Positions 18,952-29,290 of a stretch of 64,000 bases of DNA are shown piece after piece. How positions within the stretch are numbered: position 1 is the first letter of the stretch; each line of letters starts with the position of its first letter. The stretch is from an uncultured Alphaproteobacteria bacterium (GTDB lineage: Bacteria; Pseudomonadota; Alphaproteobacteria; UBA11222): the NCBI GenBank assembly GCA_947258435.1, contig CAMYID010000022.1:268279-332278 (forward strand), read 5' to 3'. The notes beneath the pieces were generated by a model. That model was not told where the DNA came from. It saw nothing but the letters and a program-made list of their open reading frames with translations, and did not search any database. A program made the position numbers and the translations under genes.

Positions 18952-18967
18952 TGGCACGGCCTTTGCT
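18952..18967 (+). promoter_or_regulatory. Sigma54 (-24/-12) promoter of the urt-ure operon
   Basis: TGGCAC-GGCCT-TTGCT matches TGGCAC-N5-TTGCW with exact GG-N10-GC spacing, 42 nt before the urtA ATG. Confidence 0.85.
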
Positions 18968-19009
18968 CCCCAGTCCTGATCAACACCCGATGAAGGGAGA
19001 GGGGAAGCG

Positions 19010-20299
19010 ATGAAGCAGTTATTACGCAACACAATAGCCGGCGCGGCAATGATCGGCGCAAGCCTGTCTGCCGGTCTGGCGCAGGCGGAGGAGACGATCA
19101 AGGTCGGTATCCTGCATTCTCTGTCCGGCACCATGGCGATCAGCGAAACCACGCTGAAAGACGTCATGCTGATGCTGATCGAGGAACAGAACAAAAAAGG
19201 CGGCCTTCTGGGCAAGAAGCTGGAGCCGGTTGTCGTGGATCCGGCATCTGACTGGCCGTTATTCGCCGAAAAAGCGCGCGAGCTGATTTCGGTCAATGAC
19301 GTGTCGGCTGTCTTTGGCTGCTGGACGAGCGTGTCGCGCAAATCCGTGCTGCCTGTGTTTGAGGAACTGAACAGCCTGCTGTTCTATCCGGTGCAGTATG
19401 AGGGCGAGGAAAGCCAGCGCAATGTGTTCTATACTGGCGCCGCGCCCAACCAGCAGGCCATCCCGGCAGTCGATTACCTGATGAATGAAATCGGTGTGAA
19501 GCGTTGGGTACTGGCGGGTACCGACTATGTCTATCCGCGCACGACCAACAAGATCCTTGAGGCCTATCTGAAGGCGAAAGGCGTCGCAGCCGACGATATC
19601 ATGATCAACTACACCCCGTTCGGCCATTCCGACTGGCAGACGATTGTATCCGATATCAAGAAGTTCGGCGCGGGCGGCAAGAAAACCGCCGTGGTATCGA
19701 CCATCAATGGCGATGCCAACGTGCCGTTTTACAAGGAGCTTGGCAATCAGGGCATCAATGCCGAGGACATTCCGGTTGTCGCCTTCTCGGTCGGTGAGGA
19801 AGAACTCGCCGGTCTCGATACCGCGCCGCTGGTCGGTCATCTGGCCGCCTGGAATTACTTCCAGTCTGTCGATACCGATGTCAATGCCGAGTTCATCGAT
19901 AACTGGCACGCATTTATCGAGGATGACAAACGCGTGACCAACGATCCGATGGAAGCCCATTATATCGGTTTCAATATGTGGGTGAAAGCGGTCGAGAAAG
20001 CCGGCACCACGGATGCCGATGCGGTGATCGATGCGATTGTCGGCGTGTCGGTGCCCAATCTGTCGGGCGGCTATTCCGCGATGATGCCGAACCATCACAT
20101 TACAAAGCCTGTCCTGATCGGCGAGATCCAGGAAGATGGCCAGTTTGAAACCGTGTGGGAAACCTCAGGCCTGGTCGTTGGCGATGAATGGTCGGATTTC
20201 CTGCCTGACTCCAAGGATCTGATCGCCGACTGGCGCGCGCCCCTGTCTTGCGGCAACTTCAATGCCAAGACCGGCAAATGCGGTGGCAAGGGCTCCTGA
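19010..20299 (+). CDS. urtA: Urea ABC transporter substrate-binding protein
   Basis: IKVGILHSLSGTMAISE, VFGCWTSVSRKSVLPVFE, YPVQYEG.E and DYVYPRTTN. Confidence 0.97.
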   Translation: MKQLLRNTIAGAAMIGASLSAGLAQAEETIKVGILHSLSGTMAISETTLKDVMLMLIEEQNKKGGLLGKKLEPVVVDPASDWPLFAEKARELISVNDVSAVFGCWTSVSRKSVLPVFEELNSLLFYPVQYEGEESQRNVFYTGAAPNQQAIPAVDYLMNEIGVKRWVLAGTDYVYPRTTNKILEAYLKAKGVAADDIMINYTPFGHSDWQTIVSDIKKFGAGGKKTAVVSTINGDANVPFYKELGNQGINAEDIPVVAFSVGEEELAGLDTAPLVGHLAAWNYFQSVDTDVNAEFIDNWHAFIEDDKRVTNDPMEAHYIGFNMWVKAVEKAGTTDADAVIDAIVGVSVPNLSGGYSAMMPNHHITKPVLIGEIQEDGQFETVWETSGLVVGDEWSDFLPDSKDLIADWRAPLSCGNFNAKTGKCGGKGS

Positions 20300-20310
20300 T
20301 CGCCGGCAAT

Positions 20311-20327
20311 TCAGGAGTTCATCCTGA
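20311..20327 (+). terminator. Short stem-loop after urtA (possible attenuator or mRNA stabiliser)
   Basis: TCAGGA-GTTCA-TCCTGA. No strong U tract follows. Confidence 0.35.
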
Positions 20328-20452
20328 CAAGCCGCAGTTTCTGCGCTAAGCATTCGATGCAGGCCGCGTTCCAGCCGGGGCGCGGCCTGTAGCAATCCGG
20401 ATGGCGATCGGGGCGCTGTCCATAACGTTATCCATCTGGGAATGGGGAATTC

Positions 20453-22090
20453 ATGCCACGCTGTCTGGCATATCTGACTGTTCTGCTTGTGGCGGGGCTG
20501 CTTGCGGCGGCACCATTGCGAGCTGCGGATCTGCGGCCGCTGATCGATAATCTGGCAAATGGCGGATTCAAGGGTACGGCCAAAGCGGTCGATGAACTGG
20601 CCGCGACCGGTGATCCGGATGCGGTGCCTGTCCTGTCGGCCCTGCTTGAGGGGGCGCTTTATCAGCGCAAATCCGACAAGCAGGTGTTCCGCGCCGAAAA
20701 GGCCGGCCGCGAACTGAAACTGTTTGATGCGGTGACCGGTACGCCGGTCGAGACTGTCGCCAAGCGTGCCGCCAGGAAAGTCAAGGTCAATAATCGCCTG
20801 CGCAAACAGATCAGAGGGGCGCTCGGCACGCTGACCCTGCTCAGCCCTGATCCCGATCAGCGCCGCAGCGGTGCCGATGCGGTCTTCAAGACGCCGGCAC
20901 CTGAAAATGCCGTGCTGTTGCGCGCCGCGATTGCCAAGGAAACCGATGAAGTTGTGCGGCGCCGGATGCAGCGCGCCCTTGCTGCGGTGACGTTGCGTCA
21001 TGACAGCGATAGCACCGCCCGTATCGCGGCGGTCGAGACGCTGGGAAGCTTCACCGATCAGGATGTGCGCGGGGTATTGAGCGCGGTGCTTCTTACGGAC
21101 CGCGATGGCAACCCGCTTGAAGCGGATGCGGAATTACGCGCCGCCGCGAGCGCTGCCCTTGCGGGTGTGGAGAGCCGGCTTGAATTCTGGTCTGCCGCGG
21201 AGTCGGTCTTTCATGGGCTCAGCCTGAGTTCGGTATTGCTGCTGGCGGCGATTGGGCTTGCCATCACTTTCGGGGTGATGGGGGTCATCAATATGGCGCA
21301 TGGCGAGATGGTGATGCTGGGCGCCTATACGACTTTCGTCATTCAGGAAATCATCCGTGCGAGCCATCCCGCCTTGTTCGATTATTCGCTGTTCATCGCC
21401 ATTCCGGCGGCCTTTCTGGTTGCCGGCACGGTCGGGGTGGGGATCGAGCGCGGGGTGATCCGTTTTCTTTACGGCCGGCCGTTGGAAACCCTGCTTGCGA
21501 CCTGGGGGCTCAGCCTCATTCTGCAGCAGACGGTGCGCTCGATCTTCGGGCCGACCAACAAGGAGGTCGGCACCCCGAGCTGGATGAGCGGTGCGCTGGA
21601 ATTCGATAGCGGCCTTGTGCTGACCTATAACCGGCTGGCGATCATTTTCTTTGCGCTTGCGGTACTGGCGGTACTGATGTTGCTGCTGCGCTATACCGCT
21701 TTCGGGCTGCGCATGCGCGCCGTCACCCAGAATCGCGGCATGGCGAGCGCAATGGGCATCCGTACCGGGCAGATCGACGCGCTGACGTTCGGGCTTGGGT
21801 CCGGGATTGCCGGCATGGCCGGGGTGGCGCTCAGCCAGATCGACAATGTCAGCCCGAATCTGGGTCAGGCCTATATCGTCGATTCCTTCATGGTTGTGGT
21901 ATTTGGCGGGGTCGGGAATCTGTGGGGTACCTTCTTTGGCGGCATGAGCCTTGGGCTTGTGAACAAGTTCCTCGAACCCTATGCGGGGGCGGTGCTGGGT
22001 AAAATTCTGGTGCTTGTTGCCATCATCCTGTTCATTCAGCGTCGGCCCCGGGGGCTGTTTGCGCTGAAGGGCCGCGCGGTGGAGAACTGA
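20453..22090 (+). CDS. urtB: Urea ABC transporter permease with N-terminal soluble extension
   Basis: GLSLSSVLLLAAIGLAITFGVMGVINMAHGE, RFLYGRPLETLLATWG and DSFMVVVFGGVGNL. Confidence 0.96.
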   Translation: MPRCLAYLTVLLVAGLLAAAPLRAADLRPLIDNLANGGFKGTAKAVDELAATGDPDAVPVLSALLEGALYQRKSDKQVFRAEKAGRELKLFDAVTGTPVETVAKRAARKVKVNNRLRKQIRGALGTLTLLSPDPDQRRSGADAVFKTPAPENAVLLRAAIAKETDEVVRRRMQRALAAVTLRHDSDSTARIAAVETLGSFTDQDVRGVLSAVLLTDRDGNPLEADAELRAAASAALAGVESRLEFWSAAESVFHGLSLSSVLLLAAIGLAITFGVMGVINMAHGEMVMLGAYTTFVIQEIIRASHPALFDYSLFIAIPAAFLVAGTVGVGIERGVIRFLYGRPLETLLATWGLSLILQQTVRSIFGPTNKEVGTPSWMSGALEFDSGLVLTYNRLAIIFFALAVLAVLMLLLRYTAFGLRMRAVTQNRGMASAMGIRTGQIDALTFGLGSGIAGMAGVALSQIDNVSPNLGQAYIVDSFMVVVFGGVGNLWGTFFGGMSLGLVNKFLEPYAGAVLGKILVLVAIILFIQRRPRGLFALKGRAVEN

Positions 22091-22093
22091 GCC

Positions 22094-23272
22094 ATGTCGT
22101 CTGCTGCACATATTCCTGAACTGCGGACTGGCCCGCTGAGCGGTTTGCTGCTTTCGCTGCCGCTTGGGGGCAAGATCATGCTGGGGCTGCTGGCGCTTGC
22201 CGCGCTGCTTGTGCCGCTTCTCAATCTTGCGGTGCCCGCCGATTCATTTTTCCACGTGCCGGCCTATATGGTGGCGTTGCTCGGCAAGTATCTTTGTTAT
22301 GCGCTGCTGGCACTCAGTGTGGATCTGGTCTGGGGATTTTGCGGTATTCTCAGCCTCGGCCATGGGGCGTTCTTCGGGCTGGGCGGTTATGCGATGGGCA
22401 TGTATCTGATGCGCCAGATCGGACCGCGCGGCGTATATGGCGATCCGCTGCTGCCCGATTTCATGGTATTCCTGAACTGGCAGGAACTGCCCTGGTTCTG
22501 GTACGGCTTCGACATGTTCCCTTTCGCCATGGTGATGGTACTGCTTGCGCCGGGTCTGCTTGCATTCCTGTTCGGCTGGCTTGCCTTTCGCAGCCGTGTC
22601 ACGGGGGTTTATCTGTCGATCATCACCCAGGCGATGACCTATGCGCTGATGCTGGCCTTTTTCCGCAATGATATGGGGTTTGGCGGCAATAACGGGCTGA
22701 CCGATTTCAAGGATCTGCTTGGTTTTGATCTGCAGTCCGATGCGACCCGCAGCGGTTTGTTCGTGGCCAGTGCGGTGTCGCTTGCGCTTGGCTATCTGAT
22801 CTGCGCCGCGATCGTGCGGTCGAAATTCGGCCGCGTGCTGGAGGCGATCCGCGATGCGGAAAGCCGGGTGCGGTTTTTGGGTTACCGGGTGGAATATTAC
22901 AAGCTGTTCGTCTTTACCCTGTCGGCGATGATGGCCGGGGTTGCCGGGGCGCTGTATGTCCCCCAGGTCGGAATTATCAACCCCGCGGAATTCGCCCCCG
23001 CCAATTCCATCGAGATCGTGATCTGGGTTGCGGTCGGCGGGCGCGGTACGCTTTATGGCGCAGCACTTGGAGCCATTCTTGTCAATTACGCCAAGACCTA
23101 TTTCACCGGGGCCTTGCCTGAAATCTGGCTGTTCATGCTCGGCGCGCTTTTCGTCTCGGTCACCCTGTTCATGCCCAAGGGGATTGTCGGCGTGCTGCGC
23201 CAGGCGGGGCGCAACGGGATATTGGGTGCGCTCTATGGTCGCGGCAGGCTGGGTGAGGAGCACGGCACATGA
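22094..23272 (+). CDS. urtC: Urea ABC transporter permease
   Basis: LGKYLCYA, DLVWG.CGILSLGHG, FRSRVTGVYLSIITQA and GGNNGLTDF. Confidence 0.96.
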   Translation: MSSAAHIPELRTGPLSGLLLSLPLGGKIMLGLLALAALLVPLLNLAVPADSFFHVPAYMVALLGKYLCYALLALSVDLVWGFCGILSLGHGAFFGLGGYAMGMYLMRQIGPRGVYGDPLLPDFMVFLNWQELPWFWYGFDMFPFAMVMVLLAPGLLAFLFGWLAFRSRVTGVYLSIITQAMTYALMLAFFRNDMGFGGNNGLTDFKDLLGFDLQSDATRSGLFVASAVSLALGYLICAAIVRSKFGRVLEAIRDAESRVRFLGYRVEYYKLFVFTLSAMMAGVAGALYVPQVGIINPAEFAPANSIEIVIWVAVGGRGTLYGAALGAILVNYAKTYFTGALPEIWLFMLGALFVSVTLFMPKGIVGVLRQAGRNGILGALYGRGRLGEEHGT

Positions 23273-24063
23273 ACAGCCCCGCCGAAAACAGCCCCGCCGA
23301 TGATCGCGCGCATGTGCTGCGGGCGCAGGATGTGATGCTGTATCTCAGCGGCGTCACGGTCAGCTTCGACGGTTTCAAGGCGCTCAACAATCTCAGCCTC
23401 TATATCCGACCGGGCGAAATGCGCGCCATCATCGGCCCGAACGGTGCGGGCAAGACGACGATGATGGATGTGATCACCGGCAAGACCCGCGCCGATGAGG
23501 GGGATGTCTATTTCAATGGCGATGTCGATCTGTCGAAACTCGATGAAGCGGCAATCGCCAATCTTGGTATCGGTCGAAAATTCCAGAAACCGACGGTTTT
23601 TGAAAATCTCACTGTTTTCGAAAATCTCGAACTCGCGCTCAAGACCGATCGCGGTCCGTTTGCAACGCTGCTGTTCAGACTCAGCAAGGCACAGGCGGCC
23701 CGGATCGACGAGGTGTTGCAGACTATCTCGCTTACCGAACAATACGGCATGCAGGCCGGTGCCCTGTCGCACGGGCAAAAACAATGGCTCGAAATCGGCA
23801 TGCTGCTGATGCAGGATCCCGAGCTTCTGCTCGTCGATGAACCGGTCGCGGGCATGACGGATGCCGAAACCGATCAGACGGCGGATCTTCTGCGCACCAT
23901 CGCGCGCGAACGCTCGGTTATCGTGGTCGAGCATGATATGGAATTTGTCCGTCGGCTCGATACCATGGTGACGGTGTTGCATGAAGGCTCGGTGCTGGCG
24001 GAAGGTTCGCTTGCGCGGGTGCAGGCCGATGAACGCGTGATCGAAGTCTATCTGGGGCGCTAG
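23269..24063 (+). CDS. urtD: Urea ABC transporter ATP-binding protein
   Basis: VSFDGFKAL, GPNGAGKTT, GRKFQKPTVF, LSHGQKQWLEIGM and VIEVYLGR. Confidence 0.96.
   Translation: MNSPAENSPADDRAHVLRAQDVMLYLSGVTVSFDGFKALNNLSLYIRPGEMRAIIGPNGAGKTTMMDVITGKTRADEGDVYFNGDVDLSKLDEAAIANLGIGRKFQKPTVFENLTVFENLELALKTDRGPFATLLFRLSKAQAARIDEVLQTISLTEQYGMQAGALSHGQKQWLEIGMLLMQDPELLLVDEPVAGMTDAETDQTADLLRTIARERSVIVVEHDMEFVRRLDTMVTVLHEGSVLAEGSLARVQADERVIEVYLGR
23272..23300. repeat. 14-bp direct repeat, period 15, at the urtD start
   Basis: AACAGCCCCGCCGA at 23272-23285 and 23287-23300 (NSPAE-NSPAD). Confidence 0.85.
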
Positions 24064-24068
24064 GGCAG

Positions 24069-24764
24069 ATGCTGCAAGTCGATAATATCGATCTTTACTA
24101 TGGCGCAAGCCAGGCATTGCGCGGCGTCAATCTGTCCGCGGCGCTTGGGGCGGTGACCTGCATCATGGGGCGCAACGGGGTTGGCAAGACAAGCCTGCTG
24201 CGCGCGATTGTCGGACAGCAGCCGATCCGGGGCGGCAAGATCATATGGGAAGGCAAGGATGTCTCTGCCCTGCCGCCTTACGAACGCGCGCGGTGCGGCA
24301 TTGCCTATGTGCCGCAGGGGCGTGAGATTTTTCCGCTGCTGACGGTTGAGGAAAATCTGCGCACCGCATTTGCCGCGACGCCGCGCAAGGAGCATTATGT
24401 TCCCGACGATATCTATGATCTGTTCCCTGTACTGAAGGATATGCTCGGCCGGCGCGGCGGTGATCTGAGTGGTGGTCAGCAGCAGCAGCTTGCGATTGCC
24501 CGTGCGCTTGTGACCCGGCCGCGCCTGCTGATTCTTGACGAACCGACCGAAGGAATCCAGCCATCCATCATCAAGGATATCGAGAATATCATCGGCATTC
24601 TGCGTGACCGGGGCGGCATGGCGATCCTGCTTGTCGAACAGTATTTCGAGTTCGCGCGCGATCTGGCCGATGAATTTGCCGTGATGGAACGGGGCGAGGT
24701 TGTGCTTGCAGGCCCTGCAGGTGAGATGGATGAGGAAGATGTCCGCCGTTACCTCACCGTCTGA
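24069..24764 (+). CDS. urtE: Urea ABC transporter ATP-binding protein
   Basis: YGASQALR, GRNGVGKT, YVPQGREIFP.LTV.ENL, LSGGQQQQLAI and DEPTEGIQPSII. Confidence 0.96.
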   Translation: MLQVDNIDLYYGASQALRGVNLSAALGAVTCIMGRNGVGKTSLLRAIVGQQPIRGGKIIWEGKDVSALPPYERARCGIAYVPQGREIFPLLTVEENLRTAFAATPRKEHYVPDDIYDLFPVLKDMLGRRGGDLSGGQQQQLAIARALVTRPRLLILDEPTEGIQPSIIKDIENIIGILRDRGGMAILLVEQYFEFARDLADEFAVMERGEVVLAGPAGEMDEEDVRRYLTV

Positions 24765-25659
24765 ACCTGCCGCTGGTGCAGAATTGTCAGTTTCTTCTTC
24801 TGTCGGCCCCGCCGCGGTGACGGCACAGTCCTGGCGGCAGCAGGTGCATGGTCATGCGGCAATAAGCTTCGCCCGCCGCGACGGGGCTGACAGGCTGACC
24901 CATCTGTCCCATCATGATCCGCTGCGGGTCTTGTTTCCCGCGCCGGCCCGGGGCGATATCCCGCTTGCCGCATTGGTGAACAGTTCGGGCGGCATGGTGG
25001 CGGGGGATCGCCTCGATATCGCGTTTTCGGTCGGTGCGGGTGCGCGCGGTATGGCGCTTGGGGCGGCGGCGGAAAAGATCTACCGTTCCCCCGCCGCGGC
25101 ATGTGAGATCGCGGTGACGCTTGAGGCCGGCGCGGGGGCCTGGCTTGAATGGGTGCCGCAGGAAACGATTCTGTTCGAGGGGGCGCGGTTCCGCCGTTGC
25201 AATCGGGTCAAGCTTGCTGCCGATGCGCGGATGCTTGCCGGCGAAATGCTGATTTTCGGCCGCGCCGCCCATGGCGAGGATCTGACCCGGGGGGCGGTTG
25301 AGGACCGGTGGGAGCTTTACCGTGAAAACAGGCTTGTCTGGGCCGATATTCTGCGGATGGAGGGGGATCTGACGCGGCCGCTGCATGGGCGGGCGGGGCT
25401 TGCCGGCGCGCGCGCGATTGCGACGCTGATCTATGCGGGGCCCGATGCCGCGGATATGCTGACGGTCGTGCGCGATCTGCTGCCGCAGTCCGATGACGAT
25501 TTCCACGTTGCGGCCAGTGTTGTCAATGGCGTGCTGGTGTTGCGCTGGCTTGGTTTTGCGCCGGAGCGCCTGCGGGTTGCCTATGGCGCTTTCTGGGGTG
25601 CGCTGCGCGCCCGTCTTGCCCGATTGCCCGCGGCGCTGCCGCGGCTTTGGTATATCTGA
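24739..25659 (+). CDS. ureD: Urease accessory protein UreD
   Basis: PLRVLFP, SGGMVAGDRL, AAEKIYRS, LEWVPQETILFEG and E.LIFGRAA.GE. Lies between urtE and ureA. Start is uncertain. Confidence 0.92.
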   Translation: MSAVTSPSEPAAGAELSVSSSVGPAAVTAQSWRQQVHGHAAISFARRDGADRLTHLSHHDPLRVLFPAPARGDIPLAALVNSSGGMVAGDRLDIAFSVGAGARGMALGAAAEKIYRSPAAACEIAVTLEAGAGAWLEWVPQETILFEGARFRRCNRVKLAADARMLAGEMLIFGRAAHGEDLTRGAVEDRWELYRENRLVWADILRMEGDLTRPLHGRAGLAGARAIATLIYAGPDAADMLTVVRDLLPQSDDDFHVAASVVNGVLVLRWLGFAPERLRVAYGAFWGALRARLARLPAALPRLWYI

Positions 25660-25692
25660 AAGAGGGACCGGCGGGTCCGGGGAGGGGAAGCG

Positions 25693-25995
25693 ATGAACCT
25701 GTCACCAAGGGAAAAGGACAAGCTGCTTGTGGCGATGGCCGCGGTTGTGGCGCGCCGGCGGCTTGAGCGCGGGGTGCGGCTGAATTATCCCGAGGCGGTG
25801 GCGCTGATCACCGACTATGTCGTCGAGGGCGCGCGCGATGGCCGCTCGGTCGCGGATCTGATGCGCGACGGGGCGGGGGTTCTGCGCCGCGAGCAGGTGA
25901 TGGAAGGCATTGCCGAGATGCTGCATGAGATTCAGGTCGAGGCGACATTTCCCGACGGCACCAAGCTTGTCACCGTCCATCAGCCAATCCGTTAG
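25693..25995 (+). CDS. ureA: Urease gamma subunit
   Basis: [19 protein letters not shown] and [16 protein letters not shown]. Confidence 0.98.
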   Translation: MNLSPREKDKLLVAMAAVVARRRLERGVRLNYPEAVALITDYVVEGARDGRSVADLMRDGAGVLRREQVMEGIAEMLHEIQVEATFPDGTKLVTVHQPIR

Positions 25996-26007
25996 GGGGG
26001 AAGAGCG

Positions 26008-26346
26008 ATGAAGCCCGGAGAAATCATCTGCGCCGCGGGGGAGATCACGCTTAATGAGGGGCGTGAGACATTGACCCTGCCGGTTGCAAACAGTGGCGAC
26101 AGGCCGGTGCAGGTCGGTTCCCACTATCATTTCCATGAAGCAAATAGCGCCCTTAGCTTTGATCGCGCGGCGGCAAAAGGGTTCCGTCTCGATATTCCGG
26201 CGGGAACCGCGGTGCGGTTCGAGCCGGGTCAAACGCGCGAGGTGCGGCTTGTCGCCTATGCCGGCGCGCGTCGGGTGTTCGGATTTAACGGCGCGGTCAA
26301 CGGCCCGCTGGGAGGGCCCGCCGGGAGGATAGATCATGGCCAATAA
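26008..26346 (+). CDS. ureB: Urease beta subunit
   Basis: [20 protein letters not shown] and [15 protein letters not shown]. Confidence 0.98.
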   Translation: MKPGEIICAAGEITLNEGRETLTLPVANSGDRPVQVGSHYHFHEANSALSFDRAAAKGFRLDIPAGTAVRFEPGQTREVRLVAYAGARRVFGFNGAVNGPLGGPAGRIDHGQ

Positions 26347-28045
26347 AATCAGCCGCGATGCCTATGCCGCCATGTATGGCCCGACAGTCGGCGACAAGGT
26401 AAGGCTTGCCGATACCGAGCTGTTCATCGAGGTGGAGGAAGACCGCACCATCTATGGCGAGGAGGTGAAGTTCGGCGGTGGCAAGGTGATCCGCGACGGC
26501 ATGGGTCAGTCGCAGGCAAGTCGCGCCGACGGTGCGGTGGATACGGTCATCACCAATGCGCTGATCCTCGATCATTGGGGAATCGTCAAGGCCGATGTCG
26601 GTATTCGCGATGGCCGCATCGCCGGGATCGGCAAGGCGGGTAATCCCGATGTCCAGCCCGGTGTCGATATCGTGATCGGCCCGACGACCGAGGTCATTGC
26701 CGGCGAGGGGCGTATTCTGACCGCCGGCGGGATCGATGTGCATATCCATTTCATCTGCCCGCAGCAGATCGATGACGCGCTCTATAGCGGGGTCACCACC
26801 ATGATGGGCGGCGGTACCGGCCCGGCGGAAGGGACGAATGCCACCACCTGTACCCCTGGCGCGTTTCATATCGGCCGGATGCTGCAGGCTGCCGATGCGC
26901 TGCCGATGAATCTGGGGTTTTTCGGCAAGGGCAATGCGACATCGCCCGTCCCGCTGCATGAACAGATCGCGGCAGGTGCCTGCGGTCTCAAGCTGCACGA
27001 GGATTGGGGCACAACGCCCGCCGCGATCGATAATTGCCTGACGGTTGCCGAAGAAACAGATACTGCTGTCACGATCCATACCGATACGCTGAACGAATCC
27101 GGTTTTGTGGAGAATACGATCGCCGCATTCAAGGGCCGCAATATCCATGCCTTCCATACCGAAGGTGCAGGCGGCGGCCATGCGCCCGACATCATCAAGG
27201 TGTGCGGCGAGGCGAATGTACTGCCATCTTCGACCAACCCGACCCGTCCGTTCACGGTCAATACGATTGACGAACATCTCGATATGCTGATGGTCTGCCA
27301 TCATCTTGACCCCAATATTCCCGAGGATGTGGCCTTTGCCGAAAGCCGCATCCGGCGCGAGACGATTGCCGCTGAAGACATGCTGCACGATCTGGGTGCG
27401 TTCAGCATCATCGCGTCGGACAGTCAGGCAATGGGCCGGGTGGGCGAAGTCATCATCCGCACCTGGCAAACCGCGGACAAGATGCGTCGGCAGCGTGGAC
27501 GTCTGAACGAGGAAGCCGGCGACAACGATAATTTCCGTGTACGGAGGTATATTGCGAAATACACAATCAATCCCGCCCTTGTGCATGGGATTGCGGAATA
27601 TGTCGGCTCGGTCGAGGTTGGGAAATATGCCGACCTTGTCCTCTGGAAGCCCGCCTTTTTCGGGGTGAAGCCCGATCTTGTGCTGAAGGCGGGTACGATT
27701 GCGGCGGCACTGATGGGGGATCCCAATGCGTCGATCCCGACGCCGCAGCCGGTACATTACCGGCCGATGTTCGGCGCGCTTGGTGGCGCTTTGCCCGCAA
27801 GCCGGATGACATTTGTGTCAGAGGCGGCGATGGCAGCCGGGGTTGCCGATCAGCTTGGCCTGACTAGCATTGTATTACCGGTGCGCGATATCCGCCGCAT
27901 CTCCAAGGCGGAAATGATCCTGAACAATGCGACCCCGAAAATGGAGGTCGACCCTGAAACCTATGAAGTGCGCGCCGATGGGCAGGTGCTGACGTGCGAA
28001 CCGGCGGACACGCTGCCGCTGGCACAGCGTTACTTCCTGTTCTGA
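26336..28045 (+). CDS. ureC: Urease alpha subunit
   Basis: [58 protein letters not shown] and LAQRYFLF. Confidence 0.99.
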   Translation: MANKISRDAYAAMYGPTVGDKVRLADTELFIEVEEDRTIYGEEVKFGGGKVIRDGMGQSQASRADGAVDTVITNALILDHWGIVKADVGIRDGRIAGIGKAGNPDVQPGVDIVIGPTTEVIAGEGRILTAGGIDVHIHFICPQQIDDALYSGVTTMMGGGTGPAEGTNATTCTPGAFHIGRMLQAADALPMNLGFFGKGNATSPVPLHEQIAAGACGLKLHEDWGTTPAAIDNCLTVAEETDTAVTIHTDTLNESGFVENTIAAFKGRNIHAFHTEGAGGGHAPDIIKVCGEANVLPSSTNPTRPFTVNTIDEHLDMLMVCHHLDPNIPEDVAFAESRIRRETIAAEDMLHDLGAFSIIASDSQAMGRVGEVIIRTWQTADKMRRQRGRLNEEAGDNDNFRVRRYIAKYTINPALVHGIAEYVGSVEVGKYADLVLWKPAFFGVKPDLVLKAGTIAAALMGDPNASIPTPQPVHYRPMFGALGGALPASRMTFVSEAAMAAGVADQLGLTSIVLPVRDIRRISKAEMILNNATPKMEVDPETYEVRADGQVLTCEPADTLPLAQRYFLF

Positions 28046-28068
28046 GTGTGGGCTGTTCTGAGTGTGGG
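28037..28068. repeat. Perfect 16-bp tandem duplication across the ureC stop
   Basis: CTGTTCTGAGTGTGGG at 28037-28052 and 28053-28068. Confidence 0.92.
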
Positions 28069-28073
28069 AATCG

Positions 28074-28595
28074 ATGACGGTTATGCGCGCCACGCAGATT
28101 TTTCACGCCGGGGAATGGCCCGCCTCGGCGGCGCGTGGCACCGTGACGCTGGGCTTTGCCGACCGGTACCGACGGCGTGTGCGGCTGCGCCTTGATGAGG
28201 GGGGCGCGGACATCCTGCTCGATCTGCCGCGCGCGGTTCGGCTGTCGGACGGGGACGGGCTTGGACTGTCCGATGGCGGATGGGTGCTGGTCCGTGCGGC
28301 ATGCGAGGATGTGATTGATATCCGTGCGGCCAACGCGGTGGAAGCAATGCGCCTCGCCTGGCATCTGGGTAATCGGCATCTGCCGGTGCAGATCCTGCCC
28401 GATGGGGGATTGCGCATTCTTCATGATCATGTGATCGAGGCGATGGTCCGCGATCTGGGCGCGGTGACGGTGCGCCGGCGCGATATCTTTGCTGCCGAAG
28501 GCGGGGCCTATGAGGGGCATGACGGCGCCTCTCAGAACAGCCGTGAATATAACCACGGCCATCACCACGAATCGGGGTGGGAGGCAGAGCAATGA
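28074..28595 (+). CDS. ureE: Urease accessory protein UreE
   Basis: DRYRRRVRL, LDLPRA..L.DGDGL, LAWHLGNRHLP, DHVIEAM and EGGAY, plus a His-rich tail (HGHHH). Confidence 0.95.
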   Translation: MTVMRATQIFHAGEWPASAARGTVTLGFADRYRRRVRLRLDEGGADILLDLPRAVRLSDGDGLGLSDGGWVLVRAACEDVIDIRAANAVEAMRLAWHLGNRHLPVQILPDGGLRILHDHVIEAMVRDLGAVTVRRRDIFAAEGGAYEGHDGASQNSREYNHGHHHESGWEAEQ

Positions 28596-29290
28596 CGCAA
28601 GCGTCTGATGCCGCGCTTTACCGTTTGATGAGCTGGCTCTCCCCGTCTTTTCCGGTGGGTGCCTTCACCTATTCGCACGGGATCGAATATGCGGTCGAAG
28701 GGGGGCTGCTCAATGACCGTGACGCGCTGGTTGACTGGGTGGGCGATCTGCTGCGGTTCGGGTCCGGGCGCAATGATGCGATCCTGTTCAATGCGGGCTG
28801 GTTTGCTGCGGCGGCGGGCGATGCGGCCGCGCTTGATGAAGTTGTCGACTGGGCCGCGGCCCTACGCCCGACCGCTGAACTTGCGCTTGAGAATACCGCA
28901 CAGGGGGAGGCCTTTCTGCGCGCGGTGCGTGCCGCCTGGCCGCATCCCCTGCTTGAGGCATTTGCGGGGCGGATCACCGATCGTGCAGCTAGTCCCGCCT
29001 ATCCGGTGGTCGTTGCGGTTACGGCGGCCTGTCACGCTGTGCCGCCTGGCCCCGCCCTTTCGGCCTATCTGCACGGTTTTGTCGCCAATCTGATTTCGGC
29101 GGCGGTGCGGCTTGTGCCGCTCGGCCAGACCGACGGGCAGATTGCACTGGCCGCGCTGGCCCGGCCGGTTTCCGAAGCCGCTCAGGCAGCGGCGGCATCG
29201 ACGCTGGCCGATCTGGGGGGCGCGGCGGCGATGGCGGAATTCTGTTCCGCCGCCCATGAAACCCAATATACGAGGTTGTTTCGCTCATGA
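28592..29290 (+). CDS. ureF: Urease accessory protein UreF
   Basis: [32 protein letters not shown] and [11 protein letters not shown]. Confidence 0.97.
   Translation: MTQASDAALYRLMSWLSPSFPVGAFTYSHGIEYAVEGGLLNDRDALVDWVGDLLRFGSGRNDAILFNAGWFAAAAGDAAALDEVVDWAAALRPTAELALENTAQGEAFLRAVRAAWPHPLLEAFAGRITDRAASPAYPVVVAVTAACHAVPPGPALSAYLHGFVANLISAAVRLVPLGQTDGQIALAALARPVSEAAQAAAASTLADLGGAAAMAEFCSAAHETQYTRLFRS

Noticed and set aside
20453-21180. Large N-terminal soluble extension on UrtB as a novel fusion
   Set aside because: Long UrtB forms with this extension are common in Proteobacteria.
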